Origin: the human T2T-CHM13v2.0 reference genome, Homo sapiens
Length of the DNA stretch: 64,000 nucleotides
NCBI RefSeq assembly: GCF_009914755.1
Contig: NC_060948.1
Direction: 5' to 3' (one strand)
The position numbers were made by a program, and so were the translations under genes. Below, one piece after another: positions 14,702 to 30,237 of this stretch. How positions within the stretch are numbered: the first letter of the stretch is position 1; each line of letters starts with the position of its first letter. The notes under the pieces are model-generated. The model did no database searches. It was not told where the DNA came from and saw only the letters and a list, made by a program, of their open reading frames with translations.

Positions 14702-15451
14702 ATATATGATATATAATATATGTATAATATTGTTTTACATCCTGCATCTTATGTTATATATATTGTATAAAATATAATAATTGATTATATATACTTTTAT
14801 AACATAATTTACATAAAATATCATAATATAATATATATTATATTATTTCATATTACATAATATATATTACATATCACCCAATATAAGTAACATACATAAT
14901 ATTATAATATAGATTATATTATGTTATATTAAATATCATATATATTATGTATCATATATTGTATAATATATATTATACATTATATAATATGTATGTTGTC
15001 TATTATGTGATATATATAACTATACATATAATTATATTATTATACGTATAACTAGATAAACATGTAATTCTACATATTTTCATTTATAATATATAGAATT
15101 ATATAATCATATATAATTATGTATATTCTATAAAAAATTATATCATTATATAAATTATAATATATAAAAATTATAATATGTACTACAAATATATATATTA
15201 TATATCATATATGATATAGTACCTTTGTTATATATCATAATACATATAAATGTGTATTATGTTATCTATAATTATATAATTTCATATATAAGCTGTATAA
15301 TATGTATTATATATTATATATGTTATGTAATATATATAGTATATATAAGATGACACAGGATAAATATTATATACTATGACATATAAGATATATGAGGTTA
15401 TATGTTTCATATAAGGCATAGCCCATAACATGTAATATATATCATATATAA
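14702..15451. repeat. First, internally deleted AT-rich block of DYZ2
   Basis: Aligns to the start and end of a normal block with ~768 bp missing at ~14785. Confidence 0.85.
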
Positions 15452-15743
15452 TTTTTTTTTAGACAGAGTCTTGTCGTGTTGCACAGGGTGGGGTACAATG
15501 GCGACATCTTTGCTCACTGCAACATCTGCCTCACGGGTCCAAGCGATTGTCCTCCCTCAGCCTCCCAGGTAGCTGGGACTACACCACACTGGGACTACAC
15601 CAGCCTCCACCATGCCTAGCTAATTTTTTGGATTTTTAGTAGTGACAGCGTTTCACTGTATTGGCCAGGATGGTCTTGATATCTTCACCTTGTGATCCCC
15701 TTGCCTTGGCCTCCAAATTTGCTGGGATTACAGGCCTGAGCCA
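15452..15743 (-). mobile_element. Diverged Alu within DYZ2 unit 1
   Basis: T9 tail followed by antisense Alu (GCTCACTGCAAC, CCTCAGCCTCCC, GCTGGGACTACA, GCTGGGATTACAGG, TGAGCCA). The ~12 5'-most Alu bases are missing and there is an internal 16-bp duplication. Confidence 0.95.
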
Positions 15744-16312
15744 AGATCCATATTTTTTAAAGGAAAAAAAATTTCAAAGGTACTCTGCTTGGTACAATAA
15801 TCAAATGTATAAACTGAGGAATAAAACATAACCATGAAACCTACTTATAACTGCATATGGAAAATACAGAGGATAATTTTTTAAATAACATATTTTGAAA
15901 GCCTTAACTAGTAATTTGAAGAGTTGGCATTTGAAAGGCCAGTATGAATATACCTTCAAAGCAGCAACACCGGTTCCCCATGAGAAAAAGCAAACTCAGG
16001 GAAAATAAAACCACAAAGGTTCAATCTCTTCTGACCTTTGAAAGACACAGCACAGACAGTGGTCCTTAGGACGAAGAGCAGGAGACCCCTAATTCCGTCA
16101 CCATGGCGATAGGGCATAAATATTGCTGGGTGAGGGCACAATCCACATTGTGAGGTCCAAGTGCTGCCAGGAAGACAGGAGTGCTTTTACATAGACCGAA
16201 AGGTCATTGAAGGCTCAGAGTTTTGTTTCAAGAACTGAATCCCAAGCCCACACGTTATTAGGCTGCGCTTCTTGAAACAAGTTATGAGATGGGAAAAAGG
16301 GCACCCACAAAC
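15744..16312. repeat. HSATI segment of the DYZ2 unit (representative; follows each of the 21 Alus, last copy ~63097-63665)
   Basis: ~570 bp of higher-complexity sequence (AGATCCATATTTT...GGGCACCCACAAAC) repeated near-identically. The name comes from the established tripartite DYZ2 structure; boundaries are approximate. Confidence 0.75.
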
Positions 16313-17871
16313 ATACGTATACATTATGTATATAATAATATACAGTATCATATATATAATATATATAACCTATGTATAATATTGTTTTACATCCTGCATC
16401 TTATGTTATATATATTGTATAAAATATAATAATTGATAATATATAAGTTTTATATTTATACAATATGACATATAGTATATATTATAATTTATGACATATA
16501 TAATATATGTTATATATCATATATAGAATATATTATACGGTTAATATACGTATTAAATATAAATTATACATCATATATATTATATATAATATATCTGTTA
16601 TATATAATACCCATTATGCATAATATATATATTATGTCTATGTTATATATAGTATAAAACAACATATAATAATATATAATTGTATATATAAAATGCGACA
16701 TATAATATATATTATATTTTATGACATATGTAATATATATTATATATTATATATAATACGTTGTATGTATAATACCTATATTAAATATATATTATATGAC
16801 TATGTTATTAATTACATGTCACATGTGTTATATATTATATATTTTACATAGAATATACCGGTTACATACAATATATACTATGTTACCAATAATGTATAAT
16901 TTATTACATGTAAAATAAAGAATGCAATATATTATGTATAATTTATAATATACAATATGTGGAATGTGATATATATAACATATAATATATGATATATGAT
17001 ATACAGTATATGATATATAACATACAATATATGATACCTAATATGTATGGTATACAATATATATTTTATTATATGTATTCTATATGTTTTATATTCTGTT
17101 ATATATAACTATTTGAAATTATATATAACTGTATAATATTTTATGTAAATAGGTAATATAATATATATAACTATATAATATATTATATATAACTATATAT
17201 TTTGTTATATATACTTTTATAACTTAATTTACATAAAATATCATAATATAATATATATTATATTATTTCATATTACATAATATATATTACATATCACCCA
17301 ATATAAGTAACATACATAATATTATAATATAGATTATATTATGTTATATGAAATATCATATATATCATGTATCATATATTCTATAATATATATTATACAT
17401 TATATAATATGTATGTTGTCTATTATGTGATATATATAACTATATATATAATTATATTATTATATATATAACTAGATAAACATGTAATTCTACATATTTT
17501 CATTTATAATATATAGAATTATATTATCATATATAATTATTTATATTCTATAAAAAATTATATCATTATATAAATTATAATATATAAAAATTATAATATG
17601 TACTACAAACATATATATTATATATCATATATGATATAGTACCTTTGTTATATATCATAATACATATAAATGTGTATTATGTTATCTATAATTATATAAT
17701 TTCATATATAAGATGTATAATATGTATTATTTATTATATATGTTATGTAATATATATAGTATATATAAGCTGACACAGGATAAATATTATATACTATGAC
17801 ATATAAAATATATGAGGTTATATGTTACATATAAGGCATAGCACGTAACATGTAATATATATCATATATAA
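16313..17871. repeat. Full-length AT-rich low-complexity block of the DYZ2 unit (representative, ~1.56 kb)
   Basis: Very AT-rich, TA-dinucleotide-dominated sequence conserved base-for-base between units. Confidence 0.9.
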
Positions 17872-18163
<292 letters not shown>

Positions 18164-20261
18164 AGATCCATATTTTTTAAATGAAAAATAATTTCAAAGG
18201 TACTCTGCTTGGTACAATAATCAAATGTATAAACTGAGGAATAAAACATAACCATGAAACCTACTTATAACTGCATATGGAAAATACAGAGGATAATTTT
18301 TTAAATAACATATTTTGAAAGCCTTAACTAGTAATTTGAAGAGTTGGCATTTGAAAGGCCAGTATGAATATACCTTCAAAGCAGCAACACAGGTTCCCCA
18401 TGAGAAAAAGCAAACACAGGGAAAATAAAACCACAAAGGTTCAATCTCTTCTGACCTTTGAAAGACACAGCACAGACAGTGGTCCTTAGGACGAAGAGCA
18501 GGAGACCCCTAATTCCGTCACCATGGCGATAGGGCATAAACATTGCTGGGTGAGGGCACAATCCACATTATGAGGTCCAACTGCTGCCAGGAAGACAGGA
18601 GTGCTTTTACATAGACCGAAAGGTCATTGAAGGCTCAGAGTTTTGTTTCAAGAACTGAATCCCAAGCCCACACGTTATTAGGCTGCGCTTCTTAAAACAA
18701 GTTATGAGATGGGAAAAAGGGCACCCACAAACATACGTATACATTATGTATATAATAATATACAGTATCATATATATAATATATATAACCTATGTATAAT
18801 ATTGTTTTACATCCTGAATCTTATGTTATATATATTGCATAAAATATAATAATTGATAATATATAAGTTTTATATTAATTCAATATGACATATAGTATAT
18901 ATTATAATTTATGACATATATAATATATGTTATATATCATATATAGAATATATTATACGGTTAATATACGTATTAAATATAAATTATACATTATATATAT
19001 TATATATAATATATCTGTTATATATAATACCCATTATGCATAATATATATATTATGTCTATGTTATATATAGTATAAAACAACATATAATAATATATAAT
19101 TGTATATATAAAATGCGACATATAATATATATTATATTTTATGATATATGTAATATATATTATATATTATATATAATACGTTGTATGTATAATACCTATA
19201 TTAAATATATATTATATGACTATGTTATTAATTACATGTCACATATGTTATATATTATATATTTTACATAGAATATACGGGTTACATACAATATATACTA
19301 TGTTACCTATAATGTATAATTTATTACATGTAAAATAAAGAATGCAATATATTATGTATAATTTATAATATACAATATGTGGAATGTGATATATATAACA
19401 TATAATATATGATATACAGTATATGATATATAACATACAGTATATGATACCTAATATATATGGTATACAATATATATTTTATGATATGTATTCTATATGT
19501 TTTATATTCTGTTATATATAACTATTTGAAATTATATATAACTCTGTAATATTTTATGTAAATATGTAATATAATATATATAACTATATAATATATTATA
19601 TATAACTATATATTTTGTTATATATACTTTTATAACATAATTTACATAAAATATCATAATATAATATATATTATATTATTTCATATTACATAATATATAT
19701 TACATATCACCCAATATAAGTAACATACATAATATTATAATATAGATTATATTATGTTATATTAAATATCATATATATCATGTATCATATATTCTATAAT
19801 ATATATTATACATTATATAATATGTATGTTGTCTATTATGTGACATATATAACTATATATATAATTATATTATTATACATATAACTAGATAAACATGTAA
19901 TTCTACATATTTTCATTTATAATATATAGAATTATATAATCATATATAATTATTTATATTCTATAAAAAATTATATCATTATATAAATTATAATATATAA
20001 AAATTATAATATGTACTACAAATATATATATTATATATCATATATGATATAGTACCTTTGTTATATATCATAATACATATAAATGTGTATTATGTTATCT
20101 ATAATTATATAATTTCATATATAAGATGTATAATATGTATCATATATTATATATGTTATGTAATATATATAGTATATATAAGATGACACAGGATAAATAT
20201 TATATACTATGACATATAAAATATATGAGGTTATATGTTACATATAAGGCATAGCACATAA

Positions 20262-20576
<315 letters not shown>

Positions 20577-22696
20577 AGATCCATATTTTTTAAATGAAAA
20601 AAAATTTCAAAGGTACTCTGCTTGGTACAATAATCAAATGTATAATCTGAGGAATAAAACATAACCATGAAACCTACTTATAACTGCTTATGGAAAATAC
20701 AGAGGATAATTTTTTAAATAACATATTTTGAAAGCCTTAACTAGTAATTTGAAGAGTTGGCATTTGAAAGGCCAGTATGAATATACCTTCAAAGCAGCAA
20801 CACAGGTTCCCCATGAGAAAAAGCAAACTCAGGGAAAATAAAACCACAAAGGTTCAATCTCTTCTGACCTTTGAAAGACACAGCACAGACAGTGGTCCTT
20901 AGGACGAAGAGCAGGAGACCCCTAATTCCGTCACCATGGCGATAGGGCATAAACATTGCTGGGTGAGGGCACAATCCACATTGTGAGGTCCAACTGCTGC
21001 CAGGAAGACAGGAGTGCTTTTACATAGACCGAAAGGTCATTGAAGGCTCAGAGTTTTGTTTCAAGAACTGAATCCCAAGCCCACACGTTATTAGGCTGCG
21101 CTTCTTAAAACAAGTTATGAGATGGGAAAAAGGGCACCCACAAACATACGTATACATTATGTATATAATAATATACAGTATCATATATATAATATATATA
21201 ACCTATGTATAATATTGTTTTACATCCTGCATCTTATGTTATATATATTGTATAAAATATAATAATTGTTAATATATATGTTTCATATTTATACAATATG
21301 ACATATAGTATATATTATAATTTATGACATATATAATATATGTTATATATCATATATAGAATATATTATACGGTTAATATACGTATTAAATATAAATTAT
21401 ACATTATATATATTATATGTAATATATCTGTTATATATAATACCCAGTATGCATAATATATATATCATGTCTATGTTATATATAGTATAAAACAACATAT
21501 AATAATATATAATTGTATATATAAAATGCGACATATAATATATATTATATTTATGACATATGTAATATATATTATATATTATATATAATACGTTGTATGT
21601 ATAATACCTATATTAAATATATATTATATGACTATGTTATTAATTACATGTCACATATATTATATATTATATATTTTACATAGAATATACGGGTTACATA
21701 CAATATATACTATGTTACCTATAATGTATAATTTATTACATGTAAAATAAAGAATGCAATATATTATGTATAATTTATAATATACAATATGTGGAATGTG
21801 ATATATATAACATATAATATATGATATACAGTATATGATATATAACATACAATATATGATACCTAATATATATGGTATACAATATATATTTTATGATATG
21901 TATTCTATATGTTTTATATTCTGTTATATATAACTATTTGAAAATATATATAAGTGTATAATATTTTATGTAAATATGTAATATAATATATATAACTATA
22001 TAATATATTATATATAACTATATATTTTGTTATATATACTTTTATAACATAATTTACATAAAATATCATAATATAATATATATTATATTATTTCATATTA
22101 CATAATATATATTACATATCACCCAATATAGGTAACATACATAATATTATAATATAGATTATATTATGTTATATTAAATATCATATATATCATGTATCAT
22201 ATATTCTATAATATATATTATACATTATATAATATGTATGTTGTCTATTATGTGATATATATAACTATATATATAATTATATTATTATACATGTAACTAG
22301 ATAAACATGTAATTCTACATATTTTCATTTATAATATATAGAATTATATAATCATATATAATTATTTATATTCTATAAAAAATTATATCATTATATAAAT
22401 TATAATATATAAAAATTATAATATGTACTACAAACATATATATTATATATCATATATGATATAGTACCTTTGTTATATATCATAATACATATAAATGTGT
22501 ATTATGTTATCTATAATTATATAATTTCATATATAAGATGTATAATATGTATTATTTATTATATATGTTATGTAATATATATAGTATATATAAGCTGACA
22601 CAGGATAAATATTATATACTATGACATATAAAATATATGAGGTTATATGTTACATATAAGGCATAGCACGTAACATGTAATATATATCATATATAA

Positions 22697-22988
<292 letters not shown>

Positions 22989-25086
22989 AGATCCATATTT
23001 TTTAAATGAAAAATAATTTCAAAGGTACTCTGCTTGGTACAATAATCAAATGTATAAACTGAGGAATAAAACATAACCATGAAACCTACTTATAACTGCA
23101 TATGGAAAATACAGAGGATAATTTTTTAAATAACATATTTTGAAAGCCTTAACTAGTAATTTGAAGAGTTGGCATTTGAAAGGCCAGTATGAATATACCT
23201 TCAAAGCAGCAACACAGGTTCCCCATGAGAAAAAGCAAACTCAGGGAAAATAAAACCACAAAGGATCAATCTCTTCTGACCTTTGAAAGACACAGCACAG
23301 ACAGTGGTCCTTAGGACGAAGAGCAGGAGACCCCTAATTCCGTCACCATGGCGATAGGGCATAAACATTGCTGGGTGAGGGCACAATCCACATTATGAGG
23401 TCCAACTGCTGCCAGGAAGACAGGAGTGCTTTTACATAGACCGAAAGGTCATTGAAGGCTCAGAGTTTTGTTTCAAGAACTGAATCCCAAGCCCACACGT
23501 TATTAGGCTGCGCTTCTTAAAACAAGTTATGAGATGGGAAAAAGGGCACCCACAAACATACGTATACATTATGTATATAATAATATACAGTATCATATAT
23601 ATAATATATATAACCTATGTATAATATTGTTTTACATCCTGAATCTTATGTTATATATATTGCATAAAATATAATAATTGATAATATATAAGTTTTATAT
23701 TAATTCAATATGACATATAGTATATATTATAATTTATGACATATATAATATATGTGATATATCATATATAGAATATATTATACGGTTAATATACGTATTA
23801 AATATAAATTATACATTATATATATTATATATAATATATCTGTTATATATAATACCCATTATGCATAATATATATATTATGTCTATGTTATATATAGTAT
23901 AAAACAACATATAATAATATATAATTGTATATATAAAATGCGACATATAATATATATTATATTTTATGACATATGTAATATATATTATATATTATATATA
24001 ATACGTTGTATGTATAATACCTATATTAAATATATATTATATGACTATGTTATTAATTACATGTCACATATGTTATATATTATATATTTTACATAGAATA
24101 TACGGGTTACATACAATATATACTATGTTACCTATAATGTATAATTTATTACATGTAAAATAAAGAATGCAATATATTATGTATAATTTATAATATACAA
24201 TATGTGGAATGTGATATATATAACATATAATATATGATATACAGTATATGATATATAACATACAGTATATGATACCTAATATATATGGTATACAATATAT
24301 ATTTTATGATATGTATTCTATATGTTTTATATTCTGTTATATATAACTATATGAAATTATATATAACTCTGTAATATTTTATGTAAATATGTAATATAAT
24401 ATATATAACTATATAATATATTATATATAACTATATATTTTGTTATATATACTTTTATAACATAATTTACATAAAATATCATAATATAATATATATTATA
24501 TTATTTCATATTACATAATATATATTACATATCACCCAATATAAGTAACATACATAATATTATAATATAGATTATATTATGTTATATTAAATATCATATA
24601 TATCATGTATCATATATTCTATAATATATATTATACATTATATAATATGTATGTTGTCTATTATGTGACATATATAACTATATATATAATTATATTATTA
24701 TACATATAACTAGATAAACATGTAATTCTACAAATTTTCATTTATAATATATAGAATTATATAATCATATATAATTATTTATATTCTATAAAAAATTATA
24801 TCATTATATAAATTATAATATATAAAAATTATAATATGTACTACAAATATATATATTATATATCATATATGATATAGTACCTTTGTTATATATCATAATA
24901 CATATAAATGTGTATTATGTTATCTATAATTATATAATTTCATATATAAGATGTATAATATATATCATATATTATATATGTTATGTAATATATATAGTAT
25001 ATATAAGATGACACAGGATAAATATTATATACTATGACATATAAAATATATGAGGTTATATGTTACATATAAGGCATAGCACATAA

Positions 25087-25401
<315 letters not shown>

Positions 25402-27527
25402 AGATCCATATTTTTTAAATGAAAAAAAATTTCAAAGGTACTCTGCTTGGTACAATAATCAAATGTATAAACTGAGGAATAAAACATAACCATGAAACCT
25501 ACTTATAACTGCATATGGAAAATACAGAGGATAATTTTTTAAATAACATATTTTGAAAGCCTTAACTAGTAATTTGAAGAGTTGGCATTTGAAAGGCCAG
25601 TATGAATATACCTTCAAAGCAGCAACACAGGTTCCCCATGAGAAAAAGCAAACTCAGGGAAAATAAAACCACAAAGGTTCAATCTCTTCTGACCTTTGAA
25701 AGACACAGCACAGACAGTGGTCCTTAGGACGAAGAGCAGGAGACCCCTAATTCCGTCACCATGGCGATAGGGCATAAACATTGCTGGGTGAGGGCACAAT
25801 CCACCTTGTGAGGTCCAACTGCTGCCAGAAAGAAAGGAGTGCTTTTACATAGACCGAAAGGTCATTGAAGGCTCAGAGTTTTGTTTCAAGAACTGAATCC
25901 CAAGCCCACACGTTATTAGGCTGAGCTTCTTAAAACAAGTTATGAGATGGGAAAAAGGGCACCCACAAACATACGTATACATTATGTATATATTAATATA
26001 CAGTATCATATATATAATATATATAACCTATGTATAATATTGTTTTACATCCTGCATCTTATATTATATATATTGTATAAATTATAATAATTGATAATAT
26101 ATAAGTTTTATATTTATACAATATGACATATAGTATATATTATAATTTATGACATATATATTATATGTTATATATCATATATGGAATATATTATACGGTT
26201 AATATACGTATTAAATATAAATTATACATTATATATATTATATAAAATATATCTGTTATATATAATACCCATTATGCATAATATATATATTATGTCTATG
26301 TTATATATAGTATAAAACAACATATAATAATATATAATTGTATATATAAAATGCGACATATAATATATATTATATTTTATGACATTTGTAATATGTATTA
26401 TATATTATATATAATACGTTGTATGTATAATACCTATATTATATATATATTATATGACTACGTTATTAATTACATGTCAAATATGTTATATATTATATAT
26501 TTTACATAGAATATACCGGTTACATACAATATATACTATGTTACCTATAATGTATAATTGATTACATGTAAAATAAAGAATGCAATATATTATGTATAAT
26601 TTATACTATAGAATATGTGGAATGTGATATATATAACATATAATATATGATATATGATATACAGTATATGATATATAACATACAATATATGATACCTGAA
26701 ATATATGGTATACAATATATATTTTATGATATGTATTCTCTATGTTTTATATTCTGTTATATATAACTATTTGAAATTATATATAACTGTATAATATTTT
26801 ATGTAAATATGTAATATAATATATATAACTATATAATATTTTATATATAACTATATATTATGTTATATATACTTTTATAACATAATTTACATAAAATATC
26901 ATAATATAATATATATTATATTATTTCATATTACATAATATACATTCCATATCACCCAATATAAGTAACATACATAATATTATAATATAGATTATATTAT
27001 GTTATATTAAATTTCATATATATCATGTATCATATATTCCATAATATATATTATACATTATATAATATGTATGTTGTCTATTATGTGATATATATAACTA
27101 TATATATAATTATATTGTTATACATATAACTAGATAAACATGTAATTCTACATATTTTCATTTATAATATAAAGAATTATATAATCATATATAATTATTT
27201 ATATTCTATAAAAAATTATATCATTATATATTATAATATATAAAAATCATAATATGTCCTACAAATATATATATTATATATCATATATGATATAGTACCT
27301 TTGTTATATATCATAATACATATAAATGTGTATTATGTTATCTATAATTATATAATTTCATATATAAGATGTATAATATGTATTATATATTATATATGTT
27401 ATGTAATATATATAGTATATATAAGATGACACAGGATAAATATTATATACTATGACATATAAAATATAAGAGGTTATATGTTACATATAAGGCATAGCAC
27501 ATAACATGTAATATATATCATCTATAA

Positions 27528-27818
<291 letters not shown>

Positions 27819-29946
27819 AGATCCATATTTTTTAAATGAAAAAAAATTTCAAAGGTACTCTGCTTGGTACAATAATCAAATGTATAAACTGAGGAATAAA
27901 ACATAACCATGAAACCTACTTATAACTGCATATGGAAAATACAGAGGATAATTTTTTAAATAACATATTTTGAAAGCCTTAACTAGTAATTTGAAGAGTT
28001 GGCATTTGAAAGGCCAGTATGAATATACCTTCAAAGCAGCAACACAGGTTCCCCATGAGAAAAAGCAAACTCAGGGAAAATAAAACCACAAAGGTTCAAT
28101 CTCTTCTGACCTTTGAAAGACACAGCACAGACAGTGGTCCTTAGGACGAAGAGCAGGAGACCCCTAATTCCGTCACCATGGCGATAGGGCTTAAACATTG
28201 CTGGGTGAGGGCACAATCCACATTGTGAGGTCCAACTGCTGCCAGGAAGACAGGAGTGCTTTTACATAGACCGAAACGTCATTGAAGGCTCAGAGTTTTA
28301 TTTCAAGAACTGAATCCCAAGCCCACACGTTATTAGGCTGCGCTTCTTAAAACAAGTTATGAGATGGGAAAAAGGGCACCCACAAACATACGTATACATT
28401 ATGTATATAATAATATACAGTATCATATATATAATATATATAACCTATGTATAATATTGTTTTACATCCTGCATCTTATATTATATATATTGTATAAAAT
28501 ATAATAATTGATAATATATAAGTTCTATATTTATACAATATGACATATAGTATATATTATAATTTATGACATACATAATATATGTTATATATCATATATA
28601 GAATATATTATACGGTTAATATACGTATTAAATATAAATTATACATTATATATATTATACATAATATATCTGTTATATATAATACCCATTATGCATAATA
28701 TATATATTAGGTCTATGTTATATATAGTATAAAACAACATATAATAATATATAATTGTATATATAAAATGCGACATATAATATATATTATATTTTATGAC
28801 ATATGTAATATATATTATATATTATATATAATACGTTGTATGTATAATATCTATATTAAATATATATTATATGACTATGTTATTAATTACATGTCACATG
28901 TGTTATATATTATATATTTTACATAGAATATACCGGTTACATACAATATATACTATGTTACCTGTAATGTATAATTTAATACATGTAAAATAAAGAATGC
29001 AATATATTATGTATAATTTATAATATACAATATGTGGAATGTGATATATATAACATATAATATATGATATATGATATACAGTATATGATATATAACATAC
29101 AATATATGATACCTAATATATATGGTATACAATATATATTTTATGATATGTATTCTCTATGTTTTACATTCTGTTATACATAACTATTTGAAATTATATA
29201 TAACTGTATAATATTTTATGTAAATATGTAATATAATATATATAACTATATAATATATTATATATAACTATATATTATGTTATATATACTTTTATAACAT
29301 AATTTACATGAAATATCATAATATAATATATATTATATTATTTCATATTACATAATATATATTACATATCACCCAATATAAGTAACATACATAATATTAT
29401 AATATAGAATATATTATGTTATATTAAATATCATATATATCATGTATCATATATGCTATAATATATATTAAACATTATATAATATGTATGTTGTCTATTA
29501 TGTGATATATATAACTATATATATAATTATATTATTATACATATAACTAGATAAACATGTAATTCTACATATTTAGATTTATAATATATATAATTATATA
29601 ATCATATTTAATTATTTAAATTCTATAAAAAATTATATCATTATATAAATTATAATATATAATAATTATAATATGTCCTACAAATATATATATTATATAT
29701 CATATATGATATAGTACCTTTGTTATATATCATAATATATATAAATGTGTATTATGTTATCTATAATGATATAATTTCATATATAAGATGTATAATATGT
29801 ATTATATATTATATATGTTATGTAATATATATAGTATATATAAGATGACACAGGATAAATATTATATACTATGACATATAAAATATAAGAGGTTATATGT
29901 TACATATAAGGCATAGCACATAACATGTAATATATATCATCTATAA

Positions 29947-30237
29947 TTTTTTTTTAGACAGAGTCTTGTCCTGTTGCACAGGGTGGGGTACAATGGCGCC
30001 ATCTTTGCTCATTGCAACATCTGCCTCACGGGTCCAAGCGATTGTCCTCCCTCAGCCTCCCAGGTAGCTGGGACTACACCACACTGGGACTACACCAGCT
30101 GCCACCATGCCTAGCTAATTTTTTGGATTTTAGTAGGGACAGCGTTTCACTGTATTGGCCAGGATGGTCTTGATCTCTTCACCTTGTGATCCCCTTGCCT
30201 TGGCCTCCAAATTTGCTGGGATTACAGGCCTGAGCCA
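29947..30237 (-). mobile_element. Diverged Alu, DYZ2 unit 7
   Basis: Near-identical copy. Confidence 0.95.

Noticed and set aside
1-14703. Many ORFs up to 305 aa (MEWNG / FHSIP repeats)
   Set aside because: Direct translation of (GGAAT)n and (ATTCC)n, which lack stop codons. There is no domain, and the ORFs overlap in all frames.
15990-16020. CAGGGAAAATAAAACCACAA resembles a LINE-1 ORF2 3' motif
   Set aside because: The match is short and gapped, with no flanking similarity I could extend; it would need a Dfam search.
15956-16141. 61-aa minus-strand ORF (MCPHPA...) open in all 21 units
   Set aside because: Its persistence is explained by very high unit identity. Many visible variants change amino acids, it resembles no protein I know, and there is no evidence of expression.
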